Source: Azolla caroliniana | Taxonomy: Eukaryota; Plantae; Polypodiophyta | Reading direction: 5' to 3' | DNA: 64,000 nt | NCBI GenBank assembly: GCA_043228905.1 | Contig: JBHGNT010000004.1 | Span: 7,254,001-7,318,000, forward strand | Part shown: piece by piece, positions 23,410 through 36,184 of the stretch | Layout of the letters: every line of letters begins with the position of its first letter | How positions within the stretch are numbered: the stretch's first letter is position 1 | Notes under the pieces: model-generated | The model's database searches: none | What the model was told of the DNA's origin: nothing | The model's input: the letters and a program-made list of their open reading frames with translations, nothing else | Made by a program: the position numbers and the translations under genes

Positions 23410-26400
23410 ATGGCTTCCACAAGCAAAACTCAAGGAGAGGAATTGACGAAAGGCATGGTGTCCGTTGTGGAATTCATGCTAAAGGAGAGACAATGGGAGG
23501 CTTTAATCGACAAAGCTGTAGATCAAACAGTGGAGATAGCTGGACGATTTGGTGGCAAGAACACAGATTTCCTTGCTACCTATCAGAACGAGATGCAGCA
23601 GAGGGATGTCCACGATCTGAAACAAATTTCTAGCTTTTAGCGTGTGGTGGAACGAGGGATCCACGAGCACGTCATAGAGTTCTAAAACGAGCACGCAACT
23701 TGGACGGAGTTTGAAAAGGCGCTTCTTGCTCAATACATCCTTGAAGATGCGTCAAGGATGTCTCAGCATATGCTAATGATTTGAATCGAGAAGAAAGGGA
23801 AAAATCTGTCTACATTGAGAGTATGTGGAATTCGAACAGAAGTACAACAGACTTCCGAGTGCTGATCAACGAGTTCTCGATGGAGATAAAGTCTTGTTGT
23901 TCCTGAAGGCGGTGGATACGAAAGACCGGCGAGAATTGGGCAATCTTTTGGAGGATGAAACGCAACCAAATGGCTTGGTAGCGGACTGGGCGGCGGCGAA
24001 GAAGACTTACAACTGTCTTGATAAGCATCAACAATGGCTAGAGGAAACTGACATGGAGAATCCATAATCGTGGAGGAGGAAGGCACCTGCGATGATCGAG
24101 CCTAGCAAGCCAATCAACAATTACCACAAGAAAGTGATGGGGGCGTCTATAATCGAAGAGCTCTCCAAGAAGTTTGAAGCGGTAACGCTAGCCCACTTAG
24201 GTCGACACGGGCCCAAGGGAAAAGAAGTGTTTAGATGTGTGTGGTGCGAGAGCTTGGAGCACTCACAAAGGGAGTGCGCTGACTTGCAAGACACGATTTG
24301 CAAGAACATCGTCTATTTGGACAGCAACATGATCCACTCAAGTGAGACCAGAAAGCCACTACGAGTGAACTTCGGAAGAGGCGGGCTGAAAAAGATTGTG
24401 GAAGAGGAAGACACAAGGCATGTGGAAGCTTTGCACTATGCCTCATCGACCGGGGTACGAGTTGGAAGAGAGAATCTAAAAATGATCAAGCGAGGAGCTA
24501 GGTTTTGGCCGATGGTCTTCAAGTGTGAGAAAAAAGACCAAATCGATTTGGAGGATCTAAAACTTGTTGATCAGAACGTGTGACGAGTTACCTGATGGTC
24601 GGATCCAGTCGACGATAACACAAGCTTTGCAGAGGTTGTGTGCGGCAACTATGAAGCTCTTGTCGAAGAGAAGAGGAAAAGAACTGGTGAAGAAGATGGC
24701 ACATCAAAGCATCCCAACACGAGGAACGTAGGGAAAGAAGGGCAAGCCCAACCTACGCCACAGAAAGAGGTTGGAGAAACAAGCATAAAGCCCAGTGGAT
24801 CAAGCCAACCTACTCGGATGGAAGTTGATGAATCTGCGAAGAAAAGAAAAGAATGAGCAGCGCCGACTTACAAGCTAAGGTTGAACATTGAACAAACAAT
24901 TTACTTGTTGAAGGTCCTTGAGGAGACGGTTTTAGACAGTCATGTCGACCTTACTTTGAGAGAACTGTTTGGGATCGCTAAGAAAGAGTTCCATGATACT
25001 ATCGTGGACCTTATTAAGCGGAAGCGGCAACAATCGGATGAAGAGGAGGTAAAAACAAGTGCCATAACCATGGCAAGATCGGAAGAGGAGGGAGAAGAAG
25101 AAGTGATGGCGGGCAACCATTACTCTCGACCTCATTGGGCAAGAGTGACAACGCAGATGCCGCTGAAGATCGGGAAGAAGAAAGAGATTGTGGTAGCCTT
25201 GATTGACCCTGGCTCGGAGATCAACCTCATGTGGACCGAGTTCTACAAAAAAAGAAGATGGTCGATTAATACGAACCATGGATGGAAGTTTCAAGCGGCG
25301 ACGAAGGTCATAGAGGACTTGTACAGAGCTTGCCCCAATGTTAAAGTCACGATCGGGAATGTGGAGATTGATCAACACTTCATCGTACAAGACTCGGCTT
25401 CCCATCCTGTCATCCTAGGACAACCGTATATCACATCGTCCCGGATGGAGATCACGGTGTTCGATAATGGAGCAGCCTTCGCACGAGTCAAGAGTCTTAA
25501 CAGTCAAAGATCTGTTCAATTCCTGACAATCCGAGCTAATCATGAAAGGAACCGAGGTAGCCTTGGAGGCGAATCCTCGGATTTTTAGAGCGGAGTATTA
25601 AAGCGTGGGGTACAAATAGTCCGAACAATCATAAGTCCCCACAAGGAAGCAGAGTGCATGGATTACAAGGAAAAGTAACATGTGTCACACCTAGTGGCAC
25701 ATGTAAACTAACACTATTCCACAAGAAGGACAAGTGTCGGATACAAGACTTCAGGAAGGTGCTGCAAAAGCTTGAAGATGCGGATTTGACATTTTCGAGA
25801 GAAAAGTCCGCATTCGGGCAATTGGAGATCTTGGTGGTAGGTCAATTGTGTGGAGAATACGGCTGGGAACCTTCGCCATCCAAGGTGAATGCGATCCAGG
25901 ACACGAAAGAAGAATACGTAACCCAAATGGAGGTTCGATGGTTCCTTGGAGCATGTGCGTTTTATTACATTTGGATTCCACACTACACCCACATTGTTGA
26001 GCCATTGTACGGTCTGCTGAAGAAGAAGCGGAGCTTTGAATGGATCAACGAGCATACTTTCACCATCCGAAGGCTAAAGAAATTATTGATGGAGGCACCT
26101 GCATTACGGAAGGCAGACTATTTAGAAGGCAAGCCCATTTTTGTGACCATGGATACTAGCCCAATTGGAATCAAATGGGTTATCAACCAAGAAGATGAAG
26201 ATTGCAACCGATACACAATTCGGTTTGGCGTGAAAGTGTTAAGTGACAGGCAAAGAAGGTATGCCCAAGTGAAGAAGGAGATGTGGGGAATCGTATTGGC
26301 GATCATGTCTGATCGTGACTACCTCATTGGGGCAAAAGTCATAATCGAGACAGATTGCCTACCAATCTTGGGCATGATATTTGTTTCTAGTACACTAGAT

Positions 26401-27870
26401 ATTGCCATGTTATGTTGGATCGCATATATCAAATCATTGAACCCGGAGATCTGTCATGTAGTTGGGAAGCGTAATGTCGTTGCAAACATGCTAGCATGAG
26501 TGAGATGCGACGGAGAAGAAGATCGACATTCTGATGAAGAGGATGTTCTCCTACACTTCTTTACAAGTTCCTACACTTGGGTGCTGACTACTTTCATAGA
26601 AGAGGACTACGAAGGCGAATTCGTGGAGATCGGGAAATACTTGAGTTCTCTCCAAAGAGATGAATCCTGGTCGACAGAAGACTTTCACCGAATTTGGAAG
26701 AAGGCATACAAGTATTTCCTTAAGGATGGAGCTCTTTGGAGGCATGCGAAGAAGAAGAATGGAACTCCAATGAGAGTTGTGTCCAAGCTGGAAGACCAAC
26801 AAAAACTAATGTCTGAATTTCATGATAGTGTTTGGGCAGGCCATCGAGGAATATGGGCTACGTTCGCGAAGCTTAAGGAGAAAAATTGATGGTCGGGCAT
26901 CTAAAAGGATGTAGTAGCTTACGTGGAAACATGTAAGGAATGTCAAATGTTTTCGAATGTTCACCATCGAGATGAACTTCATCCGACTTACCCGTTGGCT
27001 ATGCATTACAAGTGGATGGTGGACATTGTAATGATGCCAATGGGGCGATGACAGATGAACTATCTTTTGCTCACGAGAGAGCAGCTTACCAATCAAGTCG
27101 AAGGGTTAGCACTGAGAACTAAGGAGACATCATCAATATATAGATTCCTTCTTGAAGATGTTATTTGCAGATATGGATGCGTCAACAAGATAGTGGCTGA
27201 TAGAGGCGAGCTGGATGCCAATGAAGCTAGAGAATTCTTTTCCAGGATGGGAATCAAGTTATCTCTCACCATGGCGTATAATCCGGAAGCGAATGGGAAA
27301 GTGGAATGTGGACATGGACCGATTGTGAAGGCTCTAGTGAAAGCTTTCCATGGGAAAATAGGAGAATGGCCACATCTACTACCATTTGCACTATGGGCTG
27401 ACAAGACTACTCATAGCACGGTGACGGGATACATGCCAGCAGAGCTCATATTCGGCAGACGCCGATAATGCTAGTGGAACAAAATATTGTTTCATGGCTG
27501 GCATTGCCATGGAAAGATGAGATAAGCTGAGAAGATCTACTAGCATTGAGGAATTAACAGCAGGAGCAAAAGTCGGAAGAAGCTAAAGCACGCCTAAAGA
27601 ATGCAAGGCTAAAGAACAAGAAAGACTTTGACAAACGACATCGACTTCGTCCGAGGAAAATCGTTGAAGGAGATTGGGTGTTGGTCTACGACAGTAGCCT
27701 AGACAACCAACATAGTATGGCTCGGAAATTTTCGTAATGATGGTTTGGACCATATGTGGTGGAGAAAGTCGAAGATAATACGACATATCGTTTAGCAGAA
27801 GTGGATGGTACACCACTTTCTTTGCCAATTCCCAGGAAAAGAATCAAGATCTTCAAGAGAAGAAACTGAA
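23410..27870 (+). pseudogene. gag-pol of gypsy copy B (many stops, RT core deleted)
   Basis: Collinear with copy A: CVWCESLEHSQREC, ALIDPGSEINLM, GGESSDF*, MDTSPIG, VADRGE. Confidence 0.9.
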
Positions 27871-28554
27871 TGGAAATTGGATTCGAAGTATTAAACGATT
27901 CTGTCTTGGGCATCGACGACGAAGTAGAGTAATCAAAAGAGGAGCCTCACCACAATCGACACACGATATGAAAAATAATGAAATAATAATTTTATATTAG
28001 CTTAATGGCTTGGTACGAAAAGATGGACGTCTTCAAGAGCTTCCAAACGCATTTTACTACGTATGAAACGGACAACTATGTATCAAGTTATGTTAGTATG
28101 AAGCTGGAGAAGATGGGGGAACAGAACTGTAAGATATCCCACATTAGCAAAAACATCGGATCCAACAGCATATAAGCCGATCCAGAACCCATCAGTTCAT
28201 ATCTGGGCGTTCGGAGCATGGAACAGTCGTTACGATCAAATTTCTCGGAACGGTCCGTACTGCACGGGCCGAACTGCTCTGATAGTAGGATGATGCGGCT
28301 AAATTATAAGGACGGTCATATGTGGACCGTAACTAGATGTGGAGGCCACAAAACTAAAGTAAATGTCATGTGGGACACATGCAACTGACTGTGGAGGCCA
28401 TGCAACTAAAATAAATGTCATGTGGGACACATGCAACTGTACATGGAGGCCATGGAACTAAAGTAAACTCCATGTGGGACGCATGTAATTGAGCGGGAGA
28501 TGCAAACTAGAGTTCCTTCATGCAAGTGCAGATATCTTCGGGTAGGATGATGCG

Positions 28555-28587
28555 AACACCAGGTCATTTGAAACAGGTAATATGTCG
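28555..28587 (+). repeat. Left TIR AACACCAGGTCATTTGAAACAGGTAATATGTCG
   Basis: Reverse complement of 36185-36217 with 2 mismatches. Confidence 0.93.
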
Positions 28588-29317
28588 TATTCTCTTTTGG
28601 CATAGTTGGCCAGATGTAGAAAAGTACCCTATTTTAGCCCGATATCGAAAATATACGATGCATGCGTACCCCTTTTGCGACTTGATGGTTAAATATAGAA
28701 CAAAAAAAACCTAGCAATTACTAAATTGTATATGTGTCCACATTCGTGTCAATTTGCATATCATGGAGCACAATTGAAGACTTGGTTCAATATAAAGTTC
28801 TAAAATTGGTATCCATATTCAAATTGTAGAGTAAAACTACATAAACCGTAATTATAAATATGTGGTTTTGGGTTTAGGAATAAAGTAGTACCCCACTTGT
28901 TGGACGGGTATATCGATAGTTTCATTGTATAATGTCATATAGTTCATGACAATGTAATTGGTAAGAGTAACAACTACGTACGACATTCATTTATACTATG
29001 TGGAACCAGTAGACTTGAACCGTAGGTAACTAAAAACCTCTTATTATCAAAAACATTCGCCTTTTCATATACAGTCATGCTAACGGAAATGAGAAATTAC
29101 AATATCATGTTAATATCTCAAACTGAAGAAGAGCATGGTGACCAATTATATGTAAATACAAACTACGGTTCCAATAATGATTAAAAAGGGAAATTATGAA
29201 CAGGTGAATTTAATTAAACGATAAACAATTACAGATGTTCTCATATACAAATATAATATGAAGTGATGGTGAACATTATGCCTCAAAATCCTCAATTTTT
29301 ACATTACGCCATCTACA

Positions 29318-32300
29318 TCAATCTATAGGCAAATCAGGCAAAGCAGGCTCCTCTGGCGCTGATTGTTCTAGACTGTTTTCATTCGTGTCATCTCCAAGCT
29401 CTCCCGAATCTGATGTATGGTCAAACTGTGCTACATCTTCCAGGTCCACCAGCTCCCCTACTTCTTCATCAATTGGTTCCATTGGTTCTCGTGAAGTCAT
29501 CTGGAACATCTCTGCCTTGTTGATGTGTTTTGCTCCGACTTCTTGATCCTGATCTGGACAGTCCCAGATTCCTGTGATCCTCATTTTGATGAAGTTAACT
29601 TGAGCAGGGTCCTTCTCCAATGCAACACAGTTTCTAAACATCTTCAATGCACAAGCTGTCGTTGTACCTAATGGTCGCATGAACACAAACAAGTATATAT
29701 AAGAAGTAACGTCTTAAACTTGATCGACAGGATTGAAATTAAATATATATATTATACCTGTGCCAGAGAACAAGTCTAGGACCCAATCATCTGGATTCGA
29801 GAAGAGCTCTATGAGGCGGTTGATCAATCTTTGAGGTTTTTGATAAGGGTTCACCATACTTTTATCCCCTGACACATGTCTTAATTTTTTGGTTACAGCT
29901 GGGCACATGATGTAGTTAACCACATTACGCTCATTGACATGTGCTCTAGCCTTCTTCTTTGTAATTGAATCATAGTAGCCCACACAAAAATGTTCGACCG
30001 CACTAACCATTCGATCGCCAGGGCTACGTGTAATATTTGTTTTGATCCTATAGAGAAAGAAAATCAAGTATTAGAGGTGTAAATGTGTACATATAATAAG
30101 AAGTACTGTAATGAGTAAAAGCGAACTATAACGCACCAATGCATGTGTTCAGTGGCATGACAACGGGACTTCAAAGCTGTTGTGACTGACAGTGATTGCC
30201 CCATGCTATGAAATATGACTATCCTCCACAAGGGGGCCAATGTCAATTCTGCGAAATCCTTTACCATTTTCTCGATCTGAGGGTACTTGAAAGGCACATC
30301 ATCATATGTTGATCCCGCAATACGGAAACCATATGGTATGTCAGCTATCAGCAAAGTGTAGTGCCTTCTCGGTAACAGTTCGAGCATCTGGGATACTTCG
30401 CCATTGAAAACACTATAATGAAGCTGTTTGAAAGGATCGGACCTATGCAAAAAACTCTTTACAGTCTCTGAATCCTCGGGCAGTTCCATTTCCTTCCCTT
30501 TGGTCATTCTCTTCTCATATTTCGCACGTTCTAAGTGCGTGATGAAGGCCGCTGGAATACCGTCATTATTGTCGTTGTTCTTTTTCGATTTTGATGGTTT
30601 CTGCAAGTGTCATTGTTGTTAGCAGGGAACATTAGTTTCTAACATATCAACATTCAAAAGACACATACCCATTCTCTAAATACAATAAAATATTCCTCCA
30701 ATGCCTTGTAGGAAGAAGTTATCGGGCAGGCTTGTTCAACTTCTTCCCATGTCAATAAACTCAGTTTTTGCATCATCAACTCCTAAATCTTCATGTATAC
30801 CTTGTGACTGCACAATCAATATGAAATTAGAAATAAGATATTCAAAATAATTGAAGACTTTCATGAAAAGGTATACTATAAACACTTACTTTTGCAAGTC
30901 TGTTACCATCTTGTCCAAACTAAATTCCTTGGCGACCACTCGAGATAGCACGGATATTAACAATCTATCATCTTTGATACCTTGTAATGATCTCCAAGGT
31001 AAAAGTTTCATGTCCTCTGCTAACTCCTTGATTACCAAGTCGCTTTTTCCCTTGGTCTTTGATTTCATCTCAACTTGTGGATCAATTCTTCCCTTTTTTG
31101 ATCTTTGCCCCTTGACTTCTTTCCGCTCCCACATAGAGAATATTTTGTCTTGGAGATCCCACACCTCTCCGGTCCGAAAAGCTAGTTGAAACCAAGAATC
31201 ATATTTTCGGAGACCTTCGGATTTGGTACTCTCATCCACTGCAATCCCTACTTCCAATAAACACTGGCGTCGCAATCCAGGCCACAATCTTGGACCAAAA
31301 CGATTCAAGGCATCCAGGTATTCATGATGAAAAAATCTTATCCTCTCTATACATGACATCTTTTGCCTATAATCGTTGTCATTGTTATGGTCCCATGCGA
31401 GCAGCTTCGCCTCCTCGTGAGTTAGTCCTGCATATACCTTACATTCGGCGTACTTGAAGAACGGCGTAAGAGGATATTCTTTGACAAGTTGTCGTCGAGC
31501 TTCGGCCGAATGTGATCCTCCAATTACATAGTATGTGTAATCGTCTGCAAAGCTATACTTGAAATCTACTACTGTTGGGCATTGTTCTTGATCAACCATT
31601 ACCAAAAATGGCACCACAGTAGCGTGAGGATTGATTTTCATTTTGCTTTTCAGGTTTTGCACATGGACGAAGTGCGGCTCCCTAATTTCCAGGGGACGTC
31701 TACCAGTCACGGGATCAATGGGGGGCCTTTGGATAGAAGTAATGGGCAAATGAAATAGCTGGCCCCTGCGCACAAGTTTAGTCTTCACAATATTTTCTCT
31801 TATTTTATTTTGTTCTGACGTCAGGACACCATAAGATAGTTGTCCGCCTGGAGCCACGACGTCGACTTGTTGGCCGTCTTCTTCTTCCACGAACTCTAAT
31901 ATTTCTTCTTCTTCTTCTTCGGGTCGTGGTCGTTTAGTATATTTCTTTTGAACAGGATTTGTCTTCCTAGACTTTTTCGGTGGAGTTTCTGCTTCACCGG
32001 TCATCATCTCTCCTGTCACGTACGGCAGAGGAGCTACCAACAAGTTATTTTTCGTTTGCAGGTCTTTACGCAAAGCCTTGGGATTGCAAGATTCGGGTAC
32101 TAGGTTTCCCTCGTCAAGTCGCAATCGCCTGTTGCCAACTGAGCTCGAGACGTCGATTAAAATACTTGTAGAGTCCTTGTCTTCGTACTCTAGCTTGGTT
32201 ACATGCCCGTAATTAAATGTTTTTCCAAGCTGAAGTTTCCCTTCCCCGTCCGATTTTACTGTTATCAATAACAGCACCCCATGCTCCTCGACATAGGAGA

Positions 32301-32934
32301 GACACCATTCAAGTTCGAGGTAATCCTTATATTTCACCTCAACCGTTTTCTCCTCTTGCGTACTACCTTTGTTGATTTTGGTAGTAGCCACAGATGACTT
32401 GGATCCTCCTTCCCCCGTTGAGTCAAATAAAATCTTTTTACTCGTGTCCTTGATGAAGGAGCCAGAATCTCGTTTTGTCGGAGATCGAATCTTCAATCTA
32501 AATGAAGGAACTTTTTGTCTGGGTTCACTGAAATTAAAAACGTTGGTGAAAACATAGAAACAACGTACAATTTTATCTAAATCACGCAAATTATCATCTA
32601 AATTACGTAAATTTTATGGTCCCATGCGATAGTTTTTTATCGCAAAAACAGCATTTTTTTCAACCAAAATCCGATGCACTGCATCGGATTTTGCTTGAAG
32701 GTCCTGCCTTTCAACGCAAATCCGATGCAGCGCATCAGATTTTCACTGAAGGTCCTGCCTGCTGCATCGGATTTTGGTTGAAGGTCCTGCCTTTCAGAAT
32801 TGCTTTCCAAGTTTGTTGTACAAAATAAAATAAAATTTCTATGTGTTGAGGAAAGGACTCTTTAAGGAATCTTTAGGAATCTTAAAAAATGTAAAGAATA
32901 TTACTAACCTGACGATTTTCTTTCCCTTGTTCAT
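29318..32934 (-). pseudogene. ParB/Srx-like domain + beta-class N4C/N6A DNA methyltransferase fusion, 6 exons, 968 codons, one internal stop
   Basis: Exons 32934-32909, 32527-30890, 30807-30669, 30600-30137, 30047-29758, 29667-29318 are all GT-AG, phase-compatible and sum to 2907 nt. Motifs LLIADIPYG, W|IKTN, NPYQKPQRLINRLIELFSNPDDWVLDLFSGT|GTTTACALKMFRNCVALEKD. ParB-like YYVIGGSHSAEA. TAG at 30783-30785. Confidence 0.85.
32659..32796. repeat. Palindrome array (51-bp period, 2.5 copies) in intron 1 of the MTase gene
   Basis: CAAAATCCGATGCA-C-TGCATCGGATTTTG (32665-32693) is perfect and is repeated with GAAGGTCCTGCCT spacers. Confidence 0.88.
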
Positions 32935-33231
32935 GATTCGTGCCGGAGGTAGTGCTGTCGACGATGTGCTTCTGAGTGCTCGAAAATTGGCCTGTGCTCT
33001 GAGCTCGATGGATTCTTTCACGTGATAATGAAAATGAAATTTCTAACCTCCTTATATAGAAGACTTTAGCATTCCTTTTAAAATAAAAAATAATTTTTAA
33101 TTATTTGTTTTTTAGAAAAATGTCGGAAAATAATATAGTTAATCTAAGTGTTCGGGTAGTTATATAGTTAGGCTTTAGCATTCCTTAATTTTCTCAAAAG
33201 AAGGTTTTAGAATACAGTTAGACTCCCTCAA

Positions 33232-35890
33232 ATGTCTTCTTCTACAAGTAGAACATCTCTTTTTTCTATTGCCCCCTTTTCATTGTCAGACAACTCGTAT
33301 TTCTCAATAGAAGAGTACGACCACAAAAAACATTCGCGGCTTAAACAGAAAAGTGTGGCTCCTAGTACTTCGAATTCTCTGTTTTCAATTGATGTTGTTG
33401 ATGGCCCTCTTCATGCAAGCTTACAAGCGGACGATTCTTCGTCGATAGATAACAATAGCATTACTAAACCTCTAGCATTTAAAAGAGTTCCTCGACAAGT
33501 TAGTGAAAAGAGATTTAATTTCTTATGTTCTGATCGTCAACTTCTATGCGACTTGAACAAATCGTGTTGTGCGAATCTCTGTCTATCAACTTATGGAAAG
33601 TCAAGGTTACGTGAAACACGACAAAAATACTTGTCGCTTAATGGGGAAGAGCAAGATACATTTCTTCTTTCGCATATGCAACTTAAATTGGATCACAAAG
33701 CAGGGCCTAATTCAACGCAAGTTGAATATTTCCTTGGACTAAATACCAAGTGTTGTCGAGCAGCTTTTAAAATCACTCATAGCATTGGAAATATGCGGCT
33801 GCAACGAGTTCAAGAGCGACTTCTGAAGGGCTCCTGGGTACAGTTCGATCAAAATGGTTCTGGATGTAAGGGTCAAATTGGGCAACAGGCAATTAGGTGG
33901 ATGGAGGTATATTTTTCAAAACAGTGCGAAGTTATGCCAACGACAGGAAGACTTCATTTGTCAGATAACTTTACTTGAAGGGAAGTTTACCAATCATACA
34001 AGGACGACATGTCTTCCAATGTTGAGCCTTACATACAGTACAGGAATTTTAATCGACTATGGAGGTTACAATTTAATAACGTGGTTATCCCACGAAAGGT
34101 GCGAATGGGAGTCTGCTCAATATGTGCGAGTTTAAAAAGTATGGCCAAGGGTGGAAAATCAGATGTAGAGATCAAGAATTACAAGAACTTGTTAAAAGAA
34201 CATCGTGAAAGTCAGGCATTGGAACATACTAAGGCTATGCATCACTGACAAAAAGCGTTTCAATCTCCCGAAAAGTATATGTGCATGATTATTGACGGCA
34301 TGGATCAAAAGAAAACTTGTTTGCCGCATTTTCAAAGAATCCCCAAGGATATTGGAGATGAGTGTCTCGTGCAAATGCATCTAGTGGGTTGTTTGACATA
34401 TTGTCAAACTATAAGACCGCAAGTGTTCTTAACTTATCCCAATATCCACAACGACCCTAATCTTACTGTCACTGTCATGCACAGGGTAAGGTATACTCCC
34501 GCCAGTTCTATATGTGCAACTAGACAACACAGCAAGAGAGAATAAGAACTCAATTGTCTTCGGCTATCTAAGCATGCTAGTAGAGAGGGGCATATTTAAA
34601 AAGATAAAGGTTAACTTCTTGTTGGTTGGTCATACCCATGATCACATAGATCAAATGTTCAGTAGGTTCTCAAAGAAACTTGCTCACTGTAATGCTTTCA
34701 CACTTCCCACGCTATCCAAATTGATTAGTGAAGCATATACACCAAAGCCTGAAGTACAACACTTGGAAGAAGTATACGACTTTAAACGTTTCTGCATGGA
34801 TAGTGACGGGACTAAAGGTAGGGTGCTTGCACCTCTTAATAATATAAGTTTCAACCATGTCTTCCTCATAAAACAAAGATCAGCCCACCTCAAGATGACG
34901 GTGTTGTTTGCGAAACAATACTCATCTAGTGCACAATGGGAGCCCCAAGAAGGTTGTAGGCTCCTTCTTCATATCCCAGATGAACCTCTACATGGTGCAC
35001 AACAAATGCCATATGATGATCATAAAAATGTAGCACCAAATAGTACTATTGATGAACAAAGGGCATATTGGTTGAGATGTCTAGCAGAGAAACAAAATAA
35101 TATTGATCGGACTAGGAAGTATGCCGGTGATGAGGATGTTGAATGGTGGGAGATTTTCTTCACCCATCAACGCACCATTTTAGATAATTACATCGCCAGT
35201 TTATGGCCAATCCGTATCCCATTCACATGGAACATTGGGATGACATCAACGATATCGCAAACTCATCACCAACAATCGAATAATATGGAGCTTCATGATT
35301 TAGTTCAGCCACTGCAAAGAGATATTTATGTGGGACCAAGAAAGTCACGTACTGTTGAGGCAAGATGGCAAGGTAATTTGCAAGAACTACAAGTGAGAAT
35401 GTTGGTTGCAACATTAGCTGGGGACGATACCTTGGGCCATCCATTTTGGATTGCAAAAATTATTGAATTAGTAAGGGATGAAGAAAGTAGTCAGACAAAG
35501 TCAATAGTAGTCCACTGGTATCAGACAACTTCACCTGATGCATTTACAGGAAAGTATTCTTTAGAGATGGTTAAGGATGTCGGATGTTCAAGCAGAAAGA
35601 TAAGAAGAAAGAATATATCGAGCACGGCTACTCTCGCACTAGACCGTGTTGACATACTAGTATATGACTTCTCATTGACAAAATCAGGTCATCTAAGACA
35701 AGCAACTATCAAGATAATAAAGGAGAAAATCCCAAACATGGTGTCAAACGAAATACAGAGAATAACCAGAAGCAATTCTCATAACCACAAAGATGTTGGG
35801 CTGGAATTGGATGAGGATAATGCTTTGATTGCCACTGATGATGAGGATGAGACGTCAGAATGCTCTTCTAGTCCATCAGACATGTCTTAA
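33232..35890 (+). pseudogene. Sola-like DDD transposase with C-terminal BAH-like segment (2 stops, 1 frameshift)
   Basis: Same frame continues through TGA at 33976-33978 and 34246-34248, then a frameshift at ~34490. Cys motifs (CCANLC, CSIC). Acidic triad in IIDGMDQ / QLDNTARENKN / FLLVGHTHDHIDQMFS. Tail PFWIAKIIEL...VVHWY. Confidence 0.82.
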
Positions 35891-36184
35891 TATATTGGTT
35901 TGGTTCAAGCTGGGGATTGTTTTACTACATGATCGGAAACTTTGTAAATTTGTTTTGGATGTAAACTCACGAATATGTATAATTGTAACTGGTAGACATG
36001 TTGTACATTATTTTGTAATTTTGGTGATGTATTTTTGGAGGCATTTTACTTATGCCTCAAAGTGGTAGTCATGTTGAAATTTAATATATTTTGCCACCTT
36101 TTCTGAAAAGCTTTACGCATGCGTCGTGTCTTTTTGAAAACTGCGTGCTTTTGTGCCCTTTTTCGACGTAGTGTTCTCATAATG

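Noticed and set aside
29318-32934. Bacterial contamination or a prophage restriction-modification locus
   Set aside because: The gene has five spliceosomal introns, lies within TIRs with a TSD in a plant LTR, and has no cognate endonuclease.
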